Translations under genes and position numbers: made by a program
Notes under the pieces: model-generated
Databases searched by the model: none
Seen by the model: only the letters and a program-made list of their open reading frames with translations
Told to the model about the DNA's origin: nothing
Shown: in pieces, positions 56,852 to 64,000 of the stretch
Position numbering within the stretch: position 1 is the stretch's first letter
Layout of the letters: every line of letters starts with the position of its first letter
Assembly (NCBI GenBank): GCA_951406725.2
Contig: OX597815.1
Coordinates: 211,916,001 to 211,980,000, forward strand
DNA: 64,000 nucleotides
From: Octopus vulgaris
Taxonomy: Eukaryota
Direction of reading: 5' to 3'

Positions 56852-57236
56852 TGGCAAATGAAAGACGGAAGATGTAATATACGAGAAGTTATTAATCATG
56901 ACAATTGCATCGATCCTTCACGGGTCGGACACCCAACAACTGGTTCAGGAGCATCCGGTGGTGCAGATGTATCTCGTCAGGTGATAAATGAATACAACTC
57001 GTTAACATAACAGTTCCGCAATGTAATTTCTCGTTTTGTAGAAAGAAAAGCAGACGAGAAGTTTCATTACGGAACTGTTATTTTAACGAGTTGTATTTAT
57101 TTATCACCCAACGAGATGCATCTGCACCACCGGATGCTCCTGAGCCAGTTGTTGAGTGTCCAACCCAAGAGGAATCGATGCAATTGTCATGATTAATACA
57201 TTCTCGTATATTACATCTTCCGTCTTTCATTTGCCA
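56852..57236. repeat. Inverted repeat (183-bp arms, 19-nt spacer) of the HHR-bearing 44.1-kb family
   Basis: 56852-57034 is the inverse of 57054-57236; both arms are homologous to 44150-44349. Confidence 0.92.
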
Positions 57237-58016
57237 CAGACACACACACACATACACACACACACATGTTTAATTCAGTAATATTTTTTAAGCATCAGAG
57301 CCCCACTATTGGATGAAGTTAAAACTCATATCCTGTACTTAACAGGTTCAACGACATGTATTTAGATAATTCGGTTAAATTGTAATGGATTGAATGACGT
57401 GGTGGAACTCGATTAAGTCCATCAAAACATCTCATGGTGTGAGAACAAACCAAACAAGAATTTTATGGATACATTCCAACCATTTTTGATATTGGTTTCA
57501 AATATTGGCACAAAGTCAGCAGTTTCGAGTGAGGAGGTAAATCGACTACATCGATCTTCGCCTTAAACTGGTACTTATATTATTGCTCACAAAAGCATTA
57601 AAGGCTGAGTCGACCCCGGCGAAACTCAGAGTAGGCATTACTGACCACTGCTATTGTTCTGAACATCCCGACGCATCAAATGTTCTAATTTGGGGACTTC
57701 TTGCACCCTATTAAAGTATGAGAACCACTCAACCAGTGTGATGTTAATGGCAGACAAAGACAAGAAATTGAGGGCCTGCAGAAGGTAAGGGGGGTGTGGT
57801 GAGAGAAATTCCTGCCTGGGGCCACTAGAAGAAGGAAAAGAAGAAGAAGAAGAAGAAGAAGAAGAAGAAGAAGAAGAAGGAAAAGAAGGAGAAGAAGAAG
57901 AAGAAGAAGAAGAAGGAAAAGAAGAAGAAGGAAAAGAAGAAGAAGAAGGAAAAGAAGAAGAAGAATGCAAAATAGATGTGTATGTGTGTATATATATATA
58001 CATATATATATGTATA

Positions 58017-58059
<43 letters not shown>

Positions 58060-58118
58060 GTATATGTATATATATATATGTATATATATATAAATATGTA
58101 TATATATATATAAATATG

Positions 58119-58224
<106 letters not shown>

Positions 58225-58619
58225 TATAATGAAAGAAAAACAACGCAAACGTATCAAAAGGTTCTATCGTCTGCAAACTGACAAGCAACCTGACAGAGAT
58301 GTAGAAGCCATCAATGACGTAGAAGGTCCAAAGGTTAGAAAAACTGGGGAAGATAAGTTTTCTCAGGAAAGAGGACGAGGAAGAAGGAGAGAAGAACAAA
58401 GAATAAATAACACGAAAAAGGAAGGAATCCACCTGGAGGTGTAAGTGAGACGATGAGATAAACATATTACGATATTACGATACGTGTAAACAAATATATA
58501 ATCGAGTGTATGAACGACCCACCAAAGATGAAGTTATATTCTCTCTCCCCTCTATATGAGTGCATGTGTGTGTGTATGTATGTGTGTCTGTGTACAGAGA
58601 GAGAGAGGGGTGTATATAT

Positions 58620-58664
58620 ATATGTTATATAATATATATAGTAATATAATATATATGTATGCAC

Positions 58665-58708
<44 letters not shown>

Positions 58709-58842
58709 TCACACATATATGTATAAATATATATATCATGTATTTATATATATGTGTGTGTTTATATATGCGTATATATATATATATATATATTATATAT
58801 TATATAATATATATAGTAATATAATATATATGTATGTACGCA

Positions 58843-58878
<36 letters not shown>

Positions 58879-59077
58879 CTCACACATATATGTATAAATA
58901 TATATATGTGTGTGTGTTTATATATGCGAATATATATATATATATATTATATAATATATATAGTAATATAATATGTATGTATGTACGCATGTGTGTGTAT
59001 ATATATATATACTCACACATATATGTATAAATATATATATCATGTATAAATATATACATGTGTATGTTTATATATGC

Positions 59078-59080
<3 letters not shown>
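58620..59080. repeat. Higher-order repeat of a compound microsatellite unit (~3 copies)
   Basis: Recurring ATATAGTAATATAAT...TACTCACACATATATGTATAAAT anchors. Confidence 0.75.
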
Positions 59081-59112
<32 letters not shown>

Positions 59113-59115
<3 letters not shown>

Positions 59116-59464
59116 TTTTCGTTTTCTTTTATTTATTTCCGTCATTTGACTGCGGCCATGCTGGAGCACCGCCTTTAGTCGAGCAAATCGACCCCATGAC
59201 TTATTCTTTGTAAGCCTTGTACTTATTCTATCGGTCTCTCTTGCCGAACCGCTAAACACACCAGCATCGGTTGTCTAGCGATATTGGGAGGACAAACAGA
59301 CACACAAACATACCAAACATATACACATACGACTGGATTCTTTCAGTTTCCGTCTACCAAATCCACTCACAAGTCTTTGGTCGGCCCGAGGACACTTGCC
59401 CAAGGAGCCACACAGTAGGACTGAACCCAGAACAATGTGGTTCGCAAGCAAGCTACTTACCACA
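59113..59464 (-). mobile_element. SINE family A
   Basis: Reverse-complement copy with small deletions. Confidence 0.85.
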
Positions 59465-59592
59465 TATGCAATATTTTAAACAAGCACTCATTAAATACAC
59501 AAACTTACACATACAAGATGTTACATACATTAGATAAATGCATCCCTTACATCTATAACTGCTTGACTAATGATTGATTGAAACAATTAAAG

Positions 59593-59684
<92 letters not shown>

Positions 59685-59757
59685 TCTTTTACTTGCTTCA
59701 GTCATTAGACTGCGGCCTGCTGGTGCGCCATATATGTATAGCTATTACCGTATCATA

Positions 59758-59994
59758 CTCAATGCAAATACGCGAAGAAAAGCCAAATTAATTGTATTCG
59801 TCCGGAGATAGTGTCTCGCATGGACACATTGCAATTAATCGACTGGCTGAATGAAAATCCATTAAGTGCAACAAAAGCAGGGGGAAAATAAAATAGCCAA
59901 CTGTGTGTCATACTTAATGTGATCTAATACTTAATACTATCTCCGGACAAATGCTACAATTAATCTGGCTTTCCCTGATGTATTTGCATTGACG
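59758..59994. mobile_element. TA-flanked MITE with ~55-bp TIRs
   Basis: TCAATGCAAATAC...TCCGGAGATAGT / ACTATCTCCGGA...GTATTTGCATTGA. Confidence 0.75.
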
Positions 59995-60954
59995 TATTTA
60001 AATTATTGAAATCTTGTTTTGCTAAAGTTGTCTTTCTGTTTATTCATATATAACATTGTGCTATTTTTTTCCATTCACTACCTTTATATAGCCTATATGT
60101 AACCTTTTGAGGTCAAAAGGACGGATGAATCTAGTAAAGACTCAAGGACTATCTAGTAATAACATGGGTCCTAAGAAAATCCGGGCCAATACCTTGAGTG
60201 TTGGAAGATCACTGGGTATGAGGCGTCCCTTGCTATTGTTAAAGCATGTCTCTAAGACCCGCTTCAAACCAAAGATTGTGATTTCAATTCCTTGTCCAGG
60301 CGACACGTTGCGTCCTTGAGCAAAACACTTCATTTCACGTTGCTCCAGTCCACTCAGCTGGCAAAAATGAGTACTCCTGCGACGGACTGGCATCCCGTCC
60401 AGGTAGGGAATATATAGGCTATGAAATGGCCCTTATGAGTCGGCATGAAACGAGAAGGTAACTTTATCTACATTATCCCAAAGGAGTATATATGTAGCAG
60501 TAGACCATATTTGTATTTATACTCCCACTGAAATTCCGAACATGACTGGTCAGATCCGACTCAACCCACCCAGGGCGAATACTGTTGCAAGTACAAGTAA
60601 TATATATTACAATGACTTCTTAGATTTGCACAAGGCCAGACATTTAGAGGCGAGTGTTCATCGGTTATGTCGTCGGTTTGTATTTGATTAGTACTTGCTT
60701 TTCTTCGATATCGAAAAGATGAAAGGCAAATTGAACACGAACTTTGATCATAAAAGCCTCTAACAAAATACGGCAAGCTATGCAGTCTGACACTCTACCG
60801 ATTCTGCCAGTTTGTCAGTTTGAGCGTCAGTGGTTAACCATAGTTCAGCTCGGTCAGAACTGCGTAAGACGAAACAAAAACAACAACAACAACAGCAGCA
60901 ACAACAGCAACAACAACAGCAGCAACAACAGCAACAACAACAGCAGCAACAGCA

Positions 60955-61320
60955 GGAGGCGCAATGGCCCAGTGGTTAGGGCAGCGGACTCGCGGTCGGA
61001 GGATCGCGGTTTCGATTCCCAGACCGGGCGTTGTGTGTGTTTATTGAGCGAAAACACCTTAAAGCTCCACAAGGCTCCGCCAGGAGGGGGGGGGTGACCC
61101 CTGTAGTACTCATTCGCTCCAAACTTTCTCTCACTCTTTCTTCCTGTTTCTTGTCCCCGAAACAACTAAAAGATACGCAACCGCTGAGCCTGGATGCGCA
61201 TTCATCCATCCGTCGATGCTCTCGGTGTCGGGGGTTGACCTGCTTTCTCTTCTGCGGGTCTTACGAATTGCAAAGGACCACGTTTCGGACTTCTCAGAAG
61301 ACCGCTTCGCTCAACAAACA
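60955..61320 (+). mobile_element. SINE family C within (CAA/CAG)n
   Basis: tRNA-like head; (CAAA)n tail; trinucleotide repeat on both sides. Confidence 0.85.
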
Positions 61321-61397
61321 AACAAACAAGCAGCAACAGCAACAACAACGACAGCAACAACAGCAAGAGCAGCAATAACAACAACAAAATTTATAGT

Positions 61398-61770
61398 TGT
61401 GGCTGAGTGGCAAAATGTCTGCTTCCCAGCCACATAGTTCCATGTTCAGTCCTACTGACTGGCAGCTGTCTTCTACTCTAGCTTGGGGGCCGACCAAAGC
61501 CTTGTAAGTAGATTTGGTAGGCGGAAACTGAAAGAGGGCCGCCGTCTGTGTGTGTGTGTTTAAGTACACATGTGTTTGTGCCTGTGTCTCTCCTCCACTA
61601 CCGATTGACAACAGGTATTGTATTGTTTAACTTCCCGTAACCAGTTCAACAAATTGTGACCGATAGAATAAGTACCTGGCTTAAAAGTATAATAAACACT
61701 GGGGTCGATTTGTTTGATTAAACCTTTCAAAGCGGTCCCCTAGCATGGCTCAAGTCTGACTGAAACAAGT
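61398..61770 (+). mobile_element. SINE family A, diverged
   Basis: Matches the family A head and tail. Confidence 0.75.
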
Positions 61771-62225
61771 CCATGAGGTCAATTGCAAAAGACCTCCATG
61801 TTTCAGAAGGAACAGTCAGAAATGTTGTCCACAAAGACATCAGATATAAGTCTTATCTGATGAGGAAAGGTCAACTCGTGAGAAAAAGTAAAAGAAAATC
61901 ACTACATCGGATCTAAAAAGCTCTTAAACAAACTGAAAAATCCAGCAGAAGATTTGATTTGGCTTTTCTCAAACGAGAAAAACTTCGACCAAGATCAAAA
62001 TTTGACAGAAGAAATAACAGATGGTTATGTGCAGACCCTTCTGAAGTTCCAAGTGCTATATATACAAAATTTCCTGCGACTGTCATGGTTTTAGGGGTTG
62101 TCAGCAATGAAGAACATGTGATGCCTCCTTACTTCTTTCCACAAGGTCTTAAAGTTAACTCTGCCGCCTACATTGAGATCCTGGAAATAATTGTTGAGCT
62201 CTGGATAGATATATGCAATGGAAGG
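61771..62225 (+). mobile_element. maT/DD37D-like Tc1/mariner transposase fragment
   Basis: RSIAKDLHVSEGTVRNVVH...FSNEKNF...NNRWLC...TKFPATVMVLGVVSNE.HVMPP.FF..GLKVN. Confidence 0.8.
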
Positions 62226-62949
62226 CGCCCAAGATGCCACGCTGTGGAACTGACCCAGAACCATGTGGTTGCGAAGCAAGTTCCTTAACATACATCCACG
62301 TCCGCACCTATAATACGTAAATATGACATATATAATACATATGTAATGCAAAATCATCTTGCAGGGCTGTGATAATCTAGAAAATAGAAATAAAATTCAC
62401 AAATTTGTTCTTTCTGTGCGGCCCAGTACTTAGCGAACATGACTGGTGATGATTTTTTGGGTTTTTTTCACCTTGCTTTCACGTTGTGGTTATGTTTCTC
62501 TAAAATATGTCTTCACAGTTGTTTGTCTGTGGTAAAGGTTCCTGCATCTACATTTAGCATCTGAAGAAATGCAGCCCATTGTCGTCTGACTATTTCAAGG
62601 TTGACACACGAGAATGTCGATAATTTCCCAAGAATGGAATCTGATGAGACTCGAGTCCTTGCAAATTCTAAATCTCAAAGTACAAATGGAGACGAGTGTC
62701 GAAGAAAAAGCCAGAGTAAACGCGATGAAGCGACGTGAGAAATGCCCTTCTTTAGTGAATCAAGAAATGGTTTGAATCAAACGAAATAACTTCTTAAGAA
62801 CTTCTGATGTCCTATAATTAAATCAGTACCTTAATAAATCCGAATACTTTCAAATATAAACTTAAGCAAATGGTAATAGCAAAGGTGATGTGATATAAAG
62901 TGTTTTCTAAGGCTGTTGAGACTTTTCCAGGGGAGAAAAAACTCTAATC

Positions 62950-64000
62950 TTCAAAGTAAGATATTCTGACTTCAATGCAGTTGTTGAAGCGCTGCAGCCA
63001 CTTCATGAAGGCTCAATGGAAGTCCTCCAGAGTTAAGGTGCCTAGGGCCCTTGTAACAGCCTCCTTCACCTTCACAACGACAGTCCCTAAGGTTCTCCTT
63101 CAGTTTGAGGAATAACTAAAATCACAGGGAGCAACTTCTGGACTGTAGGGAGAATGAGGGACAGTTTTGCTGCCCATCTCTGTCAGTTGATAACTAGGAT
63201 GCTCATCACTGACCTCCCTCCGAACAAACTCAGCACAAATTTTGGACATACTCTTTTACTCTTTTACTTGTTTCAGTCATTTGACTGTGGCCATGCTGGA
63301 GCACCGCCTTTCAGTCGAGCAAATCGACCCTAGGACTTATTCTTTGTAAGCCTAGTACTTATTCTATCGGTCTCTTTTGCCGAACCGTTAATTTACGGCG
63401 ACGTAAACACACCAGCATCGCTTGTCAAGCGATGTTGGGAGGACAAACACAGACACACAAACATATACACACACACACACATACATACATACATATATAT
63501 ATACATATATACACGATGGGCTTCTTTCAGTTTCCGTCTACCAAATCCGCTCACAAGGCTTTGGTCGGCCCGAGGCTATAGTAGAAGACACTTGGCCAAG
63601 GTGCCACGCAGTGGTACTGAACCCGGAACCATGTGGTTCGTAAGCAAGCTACTTACCACACAGCGTTCAAATCTTCATGAATAATCCTCTATACACTTAC
63701 CACACCAACTCCAGACTGTATGCTTATGATCTTTGTAGACACACAATGATCTTCATCCAGAAAAAAAACTGTAAATTTTTTCAACCAGTTCTGATGTTCT
63801 GACTCCCTCCCTCCCATCCACCACCACCCACACACACACACCTCATCGTCTCTCATCTTTTCTCTACCATCCTAGAACCTCTTCAGCCAGTGAAAAGGTT
63901 AATCCATAAGCAGCTTGTAGCATTTCATAAGTTTCTGTAACGTTTTAGCCCAGTTTAACATAGAAAGCATCCAAAATGTCTTCAAGCCCCGACTGCATTC
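62950..64000 (-). mobile_element. Internally deleted mariner interrupted by SINE family A (63250-63664, -)
   Basis: TETYEMLQAAYG...IIHEDLN|SINE|MSKICAEFV...VPHSPYSPEVAPCDF.LFLKLKENL. Confidence 0.85.

Noticed and set aside
58229-58444. Charged 71-codon [15 protein letters not shown]...
   Set aside because: Purine-rich, lies between microsatellites, no domain or splice support
60955-61030. Additional tRNA genes at SINE heads (also 6173, 23916, 41197)
   Set aside because: A/B boxes are present but there is no acceptor stem, and the sequence continues into a SINE body
62590-62775. Possible exon or HHR around CTGATGAGACTCGAGTC
   Set aside because: Frames are short with no recognisable protein, and GAAA is absent after the stem

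Overview
AT-rich, repeat-saturated eukaryotic DNA, most likely intronic or intergenic sequence of an octopus or related coleoid cephalopod. This is inferred from the SINE families and the extreme microsatellite load. No intact host protein-coding gene is supportable: almost all ORFs in the track are translations of microsatellites or SINEs. The window holds one canonical tRNA-Arg(ACG) gene (53148-53220) and about 35 copies of four tRNA-derived SINE families. It also holds decayed mariner and maT transposons, Tc1/pogo/piggyBac-type MITEs, non-autonomous Helitron/Helentron-like elements, RTE and CR1-like LINE relics, and Penelope-like (PLE, GIY-YIG) fragments. The most interesting signal is a dense set of about 10 minimal type I hammerhead-ribozyme (HHR) motifs from several unrelated short non-coding repeat families. 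Three have canonical cores. Many sit next to (TA)n tracts or within inverted or foldback structures, which suggests several non-autonomous PLE/retrozyme-like families. All coordinates and pairings were read by eye, and no folding or database search was run.
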